From NCBI GenBank assembly GCA_965208125.1, contig OZ242320.1, positions 1,280,001 to 1,344,000 on the forward strand: DNA of 64,000 nt. The letters run 5' to 3'. The translations under genes were made by a program, and so were the position numbers. Below, one piece after another: positions 37,942 to 47,411 of this stretch. Source of the stretch: Candidatus Latescibacterota bacterium (lineage in GTDB: Bacteria; Latescibacterota; UBA2968). The notes beneath the pieces were generated by a model. The model was not told where the DNA came from, searched no databases, and saw nothing but the letters and a program-made list of their open reading frames with translations. How positions within the stretch are numbered: the stretch's first letter is position 1; each line of letters opens with the position of its first letter.

Positions 37942-40107
37942 ATGACTCTTAAAACTCATGACGGAGTATCCTCGCTCTCTGAAACCGAGAGCGTAATTAG
38001 AGAATATGAAACAGGAGAAGAGCAGCGACATGCCCAACAATTACTCGGCTCTCTCGTACAGGCCGATCAGTATGTAGGGGAGGTCTATTCGCTTGGGTAT
38101 GAGACCGCTCTTGTGCAAATTCACGATTTCCACCGCCGAGAGGTTGGCGGTATTCCAAGTCTTTGCTTTCTCATCGCCACGCGAATTGGTCCGGACGAGA
38201 CATTCGACTACACTAAGGAAGATAGTTCGATAATTCTACTACGCGTAATGGATGCAGCACCGTTGCCAAACGCGGACGAGGCGACCAGAGTGCGTGTACA
38301 GGCTGCGCAGCAGGTATCTGGTCCTACTGAAGAGCATTGGGATCATTCCGACGTGATGGACTTTAATACTTCACAGCTATTAAGTTACGCCGGAGTGCAG
38401 TGCCGTGTCATCGGGACGTTCTATTTGCAACCTTCAGGCGTTGGGGTCGATGAACGGCTACGTCTCCAGTTTGGTGCTGACCTGTCGAACTATTACCCCA
38501 ACCAAGGGCTGAAGGTTTATAAACCGAATGGCAAGGCTTTGCGGCAGATAGTAAATTATCGTGAGATAGACAGCACTGGAGTGGACATCGGCGAAGTTCG
38601 GTACGCCTCAACCAACCGCGCTTTTCAAGGCATTTTCGACGTTCCAGTGACAATTGTACCGGAAGACTTGTTAGGGCAAAAAAGCGCACTATTCGGGATG
38701 ACACGGACTGGTAAGTCGAATACGACGAAGATCATAGCAGAGGCGGTGTTCAATCTTCGATATAATTCGAATTCGCCGCGGAAGGTGGGGCAGATCATCT
38801 TCGATCCGAATGGAGAATACGCTAATGCCAATGCACAAGACTCCGGTGGGGAGGCTCCAAATGCGCTCAAGAACGTGTGGCGTGGACGCAAGGAGGGTAA
38901 TTCCGAAGATGTGGTTACTTATGGAATCCTTGATCATCCCAATGATCCCGAACGGGAGTTCATGTTGCTAAACTTCCACGCCGAAGAGAACCTACCTATT
39001 GGAAAAGAAATCATTGACGGGGTGCTGCCAGCACGAGACTCAAAGTACATCCAGAACTTCCAGCAAGTTCGTTTACAGCCACTTGAATCAGGAGCGGGAT
39101 TCGGAGACCAGATCCGCTACGCTCGACAAGTGTTGGCATATCGTACCTTGCTGGTAAAGTCTGACTTTACCGCTCCCAACACTATTCAGCCGCGCACTAC
39201 CCTCCCCAACAACCTCTTTAACCAAGACCTGATCCAAGCACTGACAGATAACGGAGACCCCGAATTTGCGTCCGCGGCGCGAACATTTGGAACAGAAATA
39301 CCGAGTTGGGACCGACTGGCGCAGGCGTTCGAAGCACTCCATAGGTTCATAGGGACTAACGATTACAAAAGTTTTGAGAATGAATACATTCAAAACTCCT
39401 CTTCTGGCGAGGCGTGGGCTGATGGAGATCTAAAAGCCATATTAGAGATGATTGCACGTCCGAATGGTGCTCAACTCATTAGACAGGCACGGCCTCAGCA
39501 TACCGAGAGCACTACTACGGATTATGTTGACGATATTTATAATGCGTTAGTTGCTGGGAAACTCGTGATCGTGGATCAGTCCAGCGGAGATGAGGAAATA
39601 AACGACGCCTCGGCGCGTCGAATCGTGCAACGCATCTTTGACGGCAATAAAGAAGCATTCAGAGAGGGACGCTCGAAGGAAGAAATACCGGATATTCTCA
39701 TTTACGCTGAGGAAGCGCATAACCTGCTTCCGTCGGATCGCGAGACAGATTATCGAGATATATGGGTTCGCACAGCAAAGGAAGGCGCAAAGTACAATCT
39801 CGGCTTGATCTACGTCACACAGGAAGTGTCGAGTATCCAAAGGAATATTCTAAAGAATACTGCGAACTGGTTTATCGGCCACCTCAATAACACGGATGAA
39901 ACGCGAGAACTTCGAAAGTTCTATGACTTCGCTGATTTTGAAGGGTCGATTCTCCGCGCCCAAGATAAAGGCTTTCTCCGAGTCAAAACTATTTCAAATC
40001 CTTTCGTGGTCCCCATACAGGTGCAGGAGTTTAAGTTAAAGCTGGTTAAACTGGAGGCTTCTGCATCACAGTCGGGGACTCCTACACAACAACTCAACTT
40101 GGTATAG
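37942..40107 (+). CDS. herA: HerA/FtsK-superfamily ATPase (DUF87)
   Basis: N-terminal HAS-barrel-like region, Walker A GMTRTGKSN, IFDPNGEY, Walker B IYAEEAHN, KEGAKY..GL..VTQ. RBS GAGGT. Confidence 0.88.
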   Translation: MTLKTHDGVSSLSETESVIREYETGEEQRHAQQLLGSLVQADQYVGEVYSLGYETALVQIHDFHRREVGGIPSLCFLIATRIGPDETFDYTKEDSSIILLRVMDAAPLPNADEATRVRVQAAQQVSGPTEEHWDHSDVMDFNTSQLLSYAGVQCRVIGTFYLQPSGVGVDERLRLQFGADLSNYYPNQGLKVYKPNGKALRQIVNYREIDSTGVDIGEVRYASTNRAFQGIFDVPVTIVPEDLLGQKSALFGMTRTGKSNTTKIIAEAVFNLRYNSNSPRKVGQIIFDPNGEYANANAQDSGGEAPNALKNVWRGRKEGNSEDVVTYGILDHPNDPEREFMLLNFHAEENLPIGKEIIDGVLPARDSKYIQNFQQVRLQPLESGAGFGDQIRYARQVLAYRTLLVKSDFTAPNTIQPRTTLPNNLFNQDLIQALTDNGDPEFASAARTFGTEIPSWDRLAQAFEALHRFIGTNDYKSFENEYIQNSSSGEAWADGDLKAILEMIARPNGAQLIRQARPQHTESTTTDYVDDIYNALVAGKLVIVDQSSGDEEINDASARRIVQRIFDGNKEAFREGRSKEEIPDILIYAEEAHNLLPSDRETDYRDIWVRTAKEGAKYNLGLIYVTQEVSSIQRNILKNTANWFIGHLNNTDETRELRKFYDFADFEGSILRAQDKGFLRVKTISNPFVVPIQVQEFKLKLVKLEASASQSGTPTQQLNLV

Positions 40108-40110
40108 ACT

Positions 40111-41475
40111 ATGCCATTTGAAGGCGAATTTGCAAGTTATAAGCCACTCGCACGGATCGCTAATAGCGAACGCGTTCAGGATATTGTGAGTCGATGTAAG
40201 AAACAGGTACCCGATGAAGGGCCAGCAGAGGCAGAACTACTTATTGCCGATGTGAAACCGAGTGACTGGCTACCCGATCTCGTTCTCGCCATAGATGGAA
40301 GTCTCCATCCGCCGGTACCAGTCGAGAATGGATATCCTGGGGCAGAACTGGCCTACCTCACTGTTGCCTCAGTTATTATCGATGTGAAGAAACAACGTGA
40401 ATTGGACCGAAACCGCCCGGTGGCTCCGTTGGTGGCGCGTACAACCGAAGGGGCGGGTAGCATCGACTGTGCGCTTCCCGGTTGCAACGTAGTTGTGGAT
40501 AATGAACTGACTCCAAACGCTTCATTCCGCCGCGTATTCTTTGAGGCCATCCAGGAGAAACGTCCATTCTCTGACGGAGAAACACTACTTGAGACATACG
40601 AGGCACTTTTGAAGTACAAACCTTCGATACGATCGCAGCAGTGTCCCTATGAGGGTTGCGAGTTTGACTACGATCCGCGCCCAGGTATGATGGATTGCAG
40701 ATGCGAACAGAAATTGAATTGGTACTCAACCGATGCCCTCCGCATTCACGAGAGGTTTAATCCGGTAGGACCAAATGGAGCAGTTTTTACAGAGGCAATG
40801 CAGGTGTGGGAGCGGGTGTGGATCGTGAACTTTCTTCGCTGGATTGAGCGCGATCCTCGACGCTTCCGACTGCTTCGCAACCTCGCCATTATTCTCGATG
40901 GACCGCTTGCGGTATTTGGACAACCGGCCTGGCTTAGCCAAGCGATACGTCAAGAATTAAAACGCATCAACGAGGCTGTTCGCAAAGTGATAGATAGCGA
41001 TATTCTGATCGTCGGTATCGTAAAAAGCGGGGCATTTGTTGATCACTACGAGATATTAGATACTCCTACACATGGAACAAACGGAAACTCACGATTCAAG
41101 CCACAGACAGCAGTACTCCTCACAAACGAATATATCCGTACTCACATCGCCATCAGTGCCATCAATGATAAACCGTTTGGTGATGCCACTTACTTTGGGC
41201 GGACGTTTTTCTATAAAACCTCTTCAGGTGCTCGGATCGTTGCCTCCCTTCCCTTTCTCACAGAGGATGCACGGGACCTATCGAGTGGGGATGCAAGGCA
41301 CTTTCCGCGCCTTGCTGATGCCATGAGCCTGCTTGATGCGACCTTCTCAGCACGCTTTCCGAATGCGGTGGCTCCGCTCGTATCAGCCCACGCCGAGGCA
41401 GCGATTCCACTTAATCTTGGACGCGAAGTCCTCGAGCAACTTGCAAAGAAGCTGATGTCCGAGGAGCAATCATGA
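40111..41475 (+). CDS. nurA: NurA-domain (RNase H-fold) nuclease
   Basis: LAIDGS, ILDGPL, VGIVKSG, FFYK, P..P...AH..A. Starts 3 bp after herA. Confidence 0.75.
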   Translation: MPFEGEFASYKPLARIANSERVQDIVSRCKKQVPDEGPAEAELLIADVKPSDWLPDLVLAIDGSLHPPVPVENGYPGAELAYLTVASVIIDVKKQRELDRNRPVAPLVARTTEGAGSIDCALPGCNVVVDNELTPNASFRRVFFEAIQEKRPFSDGETLLETYEALLKYKPSIRSQQCPYEGCEFDYDPRPGMMDCRCEQKLNWYSTDALRIHERFNPVGPNGAVFTEAMQVWERVWIVNFLRWIERDPRRFRLLRNLAIILDGPLAVFGQPAWLSQAIRQELKRINEAVRKVIDSDILIVGIVKSGAFVDHYEILDTPTHGTNGNSRFKPQTAVLLTNEYIRTHIAISAINDKPFGDATYFGRTFFYKTSSGARIVASLPFLTEDARDLSSGDARHFPRLADAMSLLDATFSARFPNAVAPLVSAHAEAAIPLNLGREVLEQLAKKLMSEEQS

Positions 41476-42556
41476 TACAAGAGGGGATAGCACGCTGGGC
41501 TGCCGTAGGTCCGTACTATGCAATGTTTCCAATGCACTTTGCTTTCGAGGTTATTGAGGGGTACACGCAGCCCGGAGACCGCATCCTTGATCCATTCGTT
41601 GGACGAGGGTCAAGTATCTATGCTGCTGCAGCTAAAGAACGAACAGGATGTGGTATAGAGATTAATCCAGTCGGATGGGTGTACAGTAGCGTAAAACTAC
41701 GCCCAGTAACACAAGGGCGCGTTCTTAAGCGCTTGCGAGAAATCGGATATGAGGCTAAAAGAATAGCCATAGGTCGTGCGAACCTACCTACGTTCTTCGA
41801 ATGGGCTTATGCGCCAGATGTGTTGCGTTTTTTACTGGCCTCTCGTGATATCCTGCGCTGGAGAGATAGTAAAGTAGATCGTACATTGATGGCGTTTATC
41901 CTGATACACCTGCACGGCAAACGCCTGGGTTCGCTATCTAACCAGATGCGGGACAGTAAATCAATGGCTCCTGATTATGCCGTGCGGTGGTGGCGCAAGC
42001 GCGAAATGAGACCTCCTGACATAGATCCTGTAGCCTTTTTAGAACAGCGGATTGAACGGCGGTATAAGAAGGGAACACCTGACTTGGAGGGTGAAGTGCT
42101 TCTTGGGGACAGTGTTCAACTACTTAATTCAAATAGGCGACGACGCGCTTTTGCTTTGCCATTTGATCTCCTGTTCACGTCGCCACCCTACTATGGCGTG
42201 ACCAACTATCACTACGACCAGTGGCTCCGTTTATGGATGCTCGGACATGATCCAACTCCGCGATGGCGAGGAGGGCGTTGGCAGAGAAAATTTCAGTCGA
42301 GGTCTGATTACCTCGAACTACTTGCGGATGTGTTTGGTGGGGCTGCCCACGCATGCGCGATAATGCTATTGTCATAGTTCGTACAGATGCTCGTGAGTTT
42401 ACGCACTCGGCTACTGTCCAGGCACTACGAACAGCCTTTCCCAACAAGGATCTGCGTGAAGAACCTCGTCCTTTAAAAAGAAAAACACAAACCGCTCTAT
42501 ACGGCGATACTTCGAAGAAGCCTGGGGAAGTAGATATTATTATGACTCCTAAATGA
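41472..42556 (+). pseudogene. DNA methyltransferase (N4-C/N6-A type), split by a -1 frameshift near 42340-42353
   Basis: GPYYAMFP, motif I ILDPFVGRGS, GIEINP, motif IV FTSPPY. The frame stops at 42377 but the protein appears to continue in 42353..42556 (AIVIVRTDAR...KPGEVDII). ATGA overlap with nurA. Confidence 0.8.
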
Positions 42557-42588
42557 TTGGGAATTATGTAGGATAGTGCCGAAAAAAC

Positions 42589-42617
42589 TTGATATTATGC
42601 TATTACTTTTGTATAAT
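42589..42617 (+). promoter_or_regulatory. Near-consensus sigma70 promoter
   Basis: TTGATA-17 nt-TATAAT with an A-tract immediately upstream. Confidence 0.75.
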
Positions 42618-42623
42618 ATAAAT

Positions 42624-42697
42624 AATTAACCACCCCTGTTGCTTCGGGAGCAGGGCACGGAGCCGTATAGAGATTCTATACGGCTCCTGTATTTTTT
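42624..42697 (+). ncRNA. Putative ~75-nt leader/antitoxin-like RNA (UUCG hairpin plus terminator)
   Basis: CCCTGTT-g-C(TTCG)G-g-AGCAGGG, then a 13-bp perfect stem GGAGCCGTATAGA/TCTATACGGCTCC followed by TGTATTTTTT. It lies between the promoter and the NYN start codon. Confidence 0.5.
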
Positions 42698-42706
42698 GGA
42701 GATTTA

Positions 42707-43360
42707 ATGAAAACAAATGTCTATATTGATGGGCTTAATTTATATTATAGAGCCGTTCAGGGCACACCTTATAAGTGGCTGGATATAGTTAAATTAGTTC
42801 AAAAAAGGTACCCTCAAAACACTATTCGTAAAATTAAGTATTTCACTTCGATTGTACAATCGCGCTCTGATGACCCAGGAAAACCAGTGCGTCAACAGAT
42901 ATACTTGCGGGCTTTACGGACTTTTTCACAAATTGAAATTATTGAAGGAAAATTTCAGACCAACAAAGTTAGACTGCCATTGGCATCACCACCACATAAC
43001 ACTGTAGAAGTTTTGAGAACCGAAGAAAAAAGTTCAGATGTCAATCTGGCTGTTCATCTGTTAAACGATGCTTACAAAAAGGATTATGAAGTTGCTATTG
43101 TTGTGTCAAATGATTCTGATTTATCAGAAGCCTTACGAATTGTGACTCAAGACCTAAACCTGACAGTAGGTGTTGTATTTCCTACTGGTGCGATTGATCC
43201 ACATACAGGCACACGGCATATAGTTAGAAAATCGAGAGATCTTCAAAAATATGCCACATTTATAGGCGAAATTAGATTAGGAGGTCTCTCGCGCAGTCAA
43301 CTGCCTAATACATTGAAAGATGCAAAAGGCACTTTTCATAAACCACCAGAATGGCAGTAA
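42707..43360 (+). CDS. NYN domain (PIN-fold, LabA/DUF88) ribonuclease
   Basis: VYIDGLNLYY, IKYFTS, RQ..YL.AL, EEKSSDVNLA..LL.DA, VVSNDSDL (catalytic Asp set intact). Confidence 0.9.
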   Translation: MKTNVYIDGLNLYYRAVQGTPYKWLDIVKLVQKRYPQNTIRKIKYFTSIVQSRSDDPGKPVRQQIYLRALRTFSQIEIIEGKFQTNKVRLPLASPPHNTVEVLRTEEKSSDVNLAVHLLNDAYKKDYEVAIVVSNDSDLSEALRIVTQDLNLTVGVVFPTGAIDPHTGTRHIVRKSRDLQKYATFIGEIRLGGLSRSQLPNTLKDAKGTFHKPPEWQ

Positions 43361-43476
43361 AGCCTCTAACCTTCCGGCACTACGCTGTATAATCTCAAAA
43401 TGATTTAAGCAACGTTGAATTTAAAATTACGAGAAATAGTGTCATGAGATTACGTGCTTTCGAAAATTTGGATTGA

Positions 43477-43506
43477 GCCATAGCATACGGATGTTATGGC
43501 TTTTTG
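43477..43506 (+). terminator. Intrinsic terminator downstream of the NYN gene
   Basis: AGCCATAGCAT-acgg-ATGTTATGGCT-TTTT. Confidence 0.65.
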
Positions 43507-43592
43507 GTTTTTGAAACAGTTTGGATGCCTATCTCTTTCTTGTGAGCAAACGATTCGGAGTCAAACTATAAAGCGTTAAAAAGGAGTAAAAA

Positions 43593-44777
43593 ATGATTTT
43601 TCGCATATTGCTATCCGTCGCATTACTCTCTACGAGCAGTGCCATAGCCGACCCCTCCAAAATCGACTTTTGGGACACGCAGCGCAAAGGCGCCAATCAA
43701 CAAAATGCACAACACCGTCCCGAATGGTACGTTGCAGCGGGGGAATTGGGATTGGATTATGTACGCCTCTTACCCGATGCATGGCCCGCCGAGGACAGAG
43801 ACTTCCTGATAGGCAATGCGGACAACTTCGAAGCAATCAACGAAACCGATCTATCCCTATTGATCAAAGCACTCGACGAAGCCGAACGCAACGGGATCAA
43901 AGTCGTCCTTACAATGGTCAGCTTACCCGGCGCACGCTGGAAACAATTGAACAATGACCGGGACGATGCGCGACTCTGGAAAGACAAAAAATATCATCTC
44001 CAAGCCTTTGAGTTCTGGCGCCAACTCGCCGCACGCCTGAAAACACACCCCGCCATTGTCGCCTACAATCCCCTCAACGAACCACACCCGGACAAGGCAT
44101 TCGGCTTTGATGCGCCGGACGAAAAATTCGCCCAGTGGTTCAAACGCATCCAGAACACGCCAGCCGACCTCAATCAATTCAACCGGGAAATGGTCAAAGC
44201 AATCCGCTCCGTCGATAAGGACACCCCCATCATCCTCGACGGCTGGTTCTATGCATCTCCCCAGGCATTCGATTATAATCGACCCGTTGACGATGACAAG
44301 GTCTTATACGCCTTTCACAACCCCGGTCCCTGGCAAATGGTAACCTATCGCGTCAATCAAGGCAGATACGCCTATCCAGACCGCGTGCCCAAATCGTGGA
44401 ACGGACCAACGGAATCCTGGACCATTGATCGCCTTGCGCGGGAAATGCACGCAGTTCAACAATTTTCCGAACAATACAACATACCCCCACATCGAATCAT
44501 CGCCTCGGAATTCTGGTACGACCGTCGCCTTGAAGGCGCGGCAGCATATATGGCCGACCTCATCGAAATCTATAACCAGCGCAACTGGCACTGGGCTTTT
44601 TACGCATATCGCGGCACTGGCACATGGGCCGGACTCGATTACGAAATCGCGCCAGGACAAAAAATGGGATGGCGTTACTGGCAGGCTGTTGAACAGGGCA
44701 AAGACCCCGAACCTCTCAAACCGAGGGGGCCAAACCCATTGTGGGAAGTACTGCAGCGGCAGTTTGAAAAAAAATGA
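43593..44777 (+). CDS. Secreted glycoside hydrolase family 5
   Basis: RBS AAGGAG, signal peptide, YVRL, FW..LA.R...HP....Y..LNEP (acid/base), YAFH, SEF (nucleophile), W.WAFY. Confidence 0.85.
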   Translation: MIFRILLSVALLSTSSAIADPSKIDFWDTQRKGANQQNAQHRPEWYVAAGELGLDYVRLLPDAWPAEDRDFLIGNADNFEAINETDLSLLIKALDEAERNGIKVVLTMVSLPGARWKQLNNDRDDARLWKDKKYHLQAFEFWRQLAARLKTHPAIVAYNPLNEPHPDKAFGFDAPDEKFAQWFKRIQNTPADLNQFNREMVKAIRSVDKDTPIILDGWFYASPQAFDYNRPVDDDKVLYAFHNPGPWQMVTYRVNQGRYAYPDRVPKSWNGPTESWTIDRLAREMHAVQQFSEQYNIPPHRIIASEFWYDRRLEGAAAYMADLIEIYNQRNWHWAFYAYRGTGTWAGLDYEIAPGQKMGWRYWQAVEQGKDPEPLKPRGPNPLWEVLQRQFEKK

Positions 44778-44797
44778 ATCGGTTATCCTGTCTTACT

Positions 44798-45148
44798 CTA
44801 TCGTGTGATATACTTGGGACGATTGACGGCTTCTGCGACCTGAATATGTGCGCTATGCCCAATTTTTGGCCGAACGACAATATCGATGTCCCGGTCTAAT
44901 GCCCGCAAGAAAGACAACAGACGCTCGATAGAAAATCCGGCCAATCGTCCATTTTTGAGAGCCGATACTTTGGGTTGGTCAATGCCGAGAACACCTGCGG
45001 CTTTTTTTTGCGTCCAACCTTTTTGTCCAATGATTTTATTAATTTGAATTGCTAAATCTGATTTTGCCAATTCTTCTTCTGGACGGTCAAATTCCAGGTC
45101 CTTGAATACGTTGCCCGACCCGACTGTGTAGTCTGCTTTTTCGCTCAT
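44798..45148 (-). CDS. XRE-family HTH antitoxin
   Basis: GSGNVF.DL, K..L...I......TQ..AA..LGI.QPKVS.L..G.L..FS.ERL..FL..L...I.I.V. Confidence 0.9.
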   Translation of the reverse strand: MSEKADYTVGSGNVFKDLEFDRPEEELAKSDLAIQINKIIGQKGWTQKKAAGVLGIDQPKVSALKNGRLAGFSIERLLSFLRALDRDIDIVVRPKIGHSAHIQVAEAVNRPKYITR

Positions 45149-45504
45149 GTTTTATTTTCCTTTGCAATTTGTTCTGCCATTTTCAAACGTCTTTTTATCG
45201 TATCCAGATCGCGTTTTGTTGTTGCAATACCGCGTTTTGATTTTTTTTGAAAGACATGCAAGACATAGATGTTGTCGTCAATTTTTATTGCATAAACTGC
45301 TCGATAAGTGTTTGTTGCATAATCGCTGACAATTTCAATGACGCCAGAAAAGCCCTTTAACGTCTTTGCTTTATGAGATCTTTCTCCAACTTCCTCCATG
45401 TGAAGCGCGTGTCCAATTTCTCGTCTCACTGCACCTGGAAGTTTCCGCAGGTCTCTTAGCGATGAACCGATCCAGATAATGGATCTTTGGAGTTTTGCAT
45501 CCAT
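45145..45504 (-). CDS. RelE/ParE-family (Gp49/DUF891-like) toxin
   Basis: W.GSS..DL..LP..VR..IG..L, K.LKG..GV.EI, YRAVY, IYVLHVFQKKSK.GI.T...D...I..R. ATGA coupling to the antitoxin. Confidence 0.9.
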   Translation of the reverse strand: MDAKLQRSIIWIGSSLRDLRKLPGAVRREIGHALHMEEVGERSHKAKTLKGFSGVIEIVSDYATNTYRAVYAIKIDDNIYVLHVFQKKSKRGIATTKRDLDTIKRRLKMAEQIAKENKT

Positions 45505-45511
45505 AATAGAT

Positions 45512-45533
45512 AATATGCTAAATTTAGCATATT
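45512..45533. promoter_or_regulatory. 22-bp perfect palindrome, probable TA autorepression operator
   Basis: AATATGCTAAATTTAGCATATT, 7 bp upstream of the toxin ATG and next to TTGCAA. Confidence 0.7.
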
Positions 45534-45620
45534 TTTGCAAGTGGACTTGACCTGTTTTGGTGGTTACCTTATTAGTATTCTTAATTTTCAATTTCTAATT
45601 AGCATTCTCAGGAGGCATTA

Positions 45621-46400
45621 ATGTCATTGTTTTCACTTGAAGGTCGCGTCGCCATAGTAACTGGAGCGGGGCGTGGTATTGGACGCGGTATTGCAGAGGG
45701 ATTGGCTGCACAGGGCGCGAAAATTGTATGTGCTGCACGCACGCGGTCTCAACTTGACGAAGTCGTAGCCGCAATTCGAAATGCAGGAGGCGACGCGCTC
45801 GCTTATGAAATGGACATGAAAGACCTGGATTCCGTGCGCGGAGGCGTCGATACAGCACTTGAAACCTACGGACAAATCGATATCCTCGTCAACAACGCGG
45901 GCATGAACATACGCGAGCCATTTGAAGACGTAACAGAAGAACACTACGACGAAATCATGGCCGTCAACTTGAAGGGCCTCTACTTCTTAACACAGACCGC
46001 AGTCAAACACATGATCTCGCGCAAACAGGGCAAAATCATCCACATCGGCTCATTGACAACCGACTGGTCCTTATCGCAAATTTCGGTCTATACCGCCACC
46101 AAAGGCGCAGTTGGGCAACTCGCCAAAGCCCAAGCATTAGAACTGGGCAAGCACAACATCCAGGTAAACACAATATGCCCGGGCTTTGTGGTCACGCCAT
46201 TGACCGAGCGGCTCTGGGAAAATGATACAATGCGCGAATGGGGAGTATCCCGTCTGCCCATAAAGCGATTGGCAACACCCGAAGACCTCGTCGGCACAGC
46301 CGTATTCCTCGCCGCGCCCGCATCGGACTACGTCACCGGACAATCCATCTACGTAGATGGCGGCTTCATGGCCGGCGAAGCCTGGCCCTTGCCGGAGTAA
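45621..46400 (+). CDS. SDR oxidoreductase (gluconate 5-dehydrogenase-like)
   Basis: TGAGRGIG, NNAG, YTATK, PG, DGG. RBS AGGAGG. Confidence 0.92.
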   Translation: MSLFSLEGRVAIVTGAGRGIGRGIAEGLAAQGAKIVCAARTRSQLDEVVAAIRNAGGDALAYEMDMKDLDSVRGGVDTALETYGQIDILVNNAGMNIREPFEDVTEEHYDEIMAVNLKGLYFLTQTAVKHMISRKQGKIIHIGSLTTDWSLSQISVYTATKGAVGQLAKAQALELGKHNIQVNTICPGFVVTPLTERLWENDTMREWGVSRLPIKRLATPEDLVGTAVFLAAPASDYVTGQSIYVDGGFMAGEAWPLPE

Positions 46401-46412
46401 AGGAAGAAAACA

Positions 46413-47411
46413 ATGGCACAATATGGCATTCAACAAGAAAACTTTCACGGACACACACTCTGCGTACTGCGCGATTTTGAAGCCAGCCAGGAAGCGAGGA
46501 TCCTACCCTCGGTAGGCAACAACTGCATCTCGTACAAAATCCCAAAAGGCGATGCGCTATTAGAACTCATTTACTCCCCACCCGATCCCGACACCCTGAA
46601 AGGCCGCGCCAGCGGATACGGCACCCCCATCTTATACCCCTGGCCCAACCGCATAGACAGCGGCAAATTCACATTTGACGGCGCAGAATACCAGCTCCAA
46701 ACCCCTGCCCCGGGCGAACACGCCTCCCACGGCTACGTCCACGAACGCCCCTGGCGCGTAGTCGAATCCGGCACATCGGAAGGCGCGTGGGTAACCAGCG
46801 TCTTCACATCAACGGACTTTCCCGAAATCGGCGCACACTTTCCCTTCCCCTTTGAAGCGCGGGTAACATATCGGCTGAAAGACGGCGTACTATCCCTCGA
46901 ATTTGAAAGCACCAACATCGGCGATAGCGACATGCCCGTCGGCCTCGGCATCCACCCCTATTTCCCCCTACCGCTCACTGAAAATGGCAACCGGGATACA
47001 TGCACCGTGCGCATGCCCGCATCGACCTACTGGCCCTTGCGCGACGACCCGATACCCACAGGAGAAATACTACCCGTTGACAGCACCATATTTGACGTAC
47101 GCGAAAACACGCCATTGAAAGATCGGTATTACGACAACGTCTGGTCCGGCGTATCTATAGCCGATGGATGGAGCAGATGTGAGTACACCGACCCAACCGA
47201 AGGCGTAACCATCGCAATGGAAGCCAATGACGCATTCCGCGAACTCGTACTCTACGCCCCCGACACCCGTCCCATTATCTGCTTTGAACCCTACACCTGT
47301 GTCACCAACGCCTTCAATCTGCAAAACCAGAGCATCGACGCGGGCCTGATACGCCTACAACCCGGTGAAAAGCTAACTGGAATAATGCGGATTGTAGGTG
47401 AAATATTGTAG
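46413..47411 (+). CDS. Aldose 1-epimerase family protein
   Basis: G.PIL.PWPNRI..G.F.F.G, HG, FPFPF, G.HPYF, ICFEP. Confidence 0.9.
   Translation: MAQYGIQQENFHGHTLCVLRDFEASQEARILPSVGNNCISYKIPKGDALLELIYSPPDPDTLKGRASGYGTPILYPWPNRIDSGKFTFDGAEYQLQTPAPGEHASHGYVHERPWRVVESGTSEGAWVTSVFTSTDFPEIGAHFPFPFEARVTYRLKDGVLSLEFESTNIGDSDMPVGLGIHPYFPLPLTENGNRDTCTVRMPASTYWPLRDDPIPTGEILPVDSTIFDVRENTPLKDRYYDNVWSGVSIADGWSRCEYTDPTEGVTIAMEANDAFRELVLYAPDTRPIICFEPYTCVTNAFNLQNQSIDAGLIRLQPGEKLTGIMRIVGEIL

Noticed and set aside
42330-42360. Programmed ribosomal frameshift in the MTase
   Set aside because: No X-XXY-YYZ slippery site or obvious stimulatory structure. An indel is the simpler explanation.
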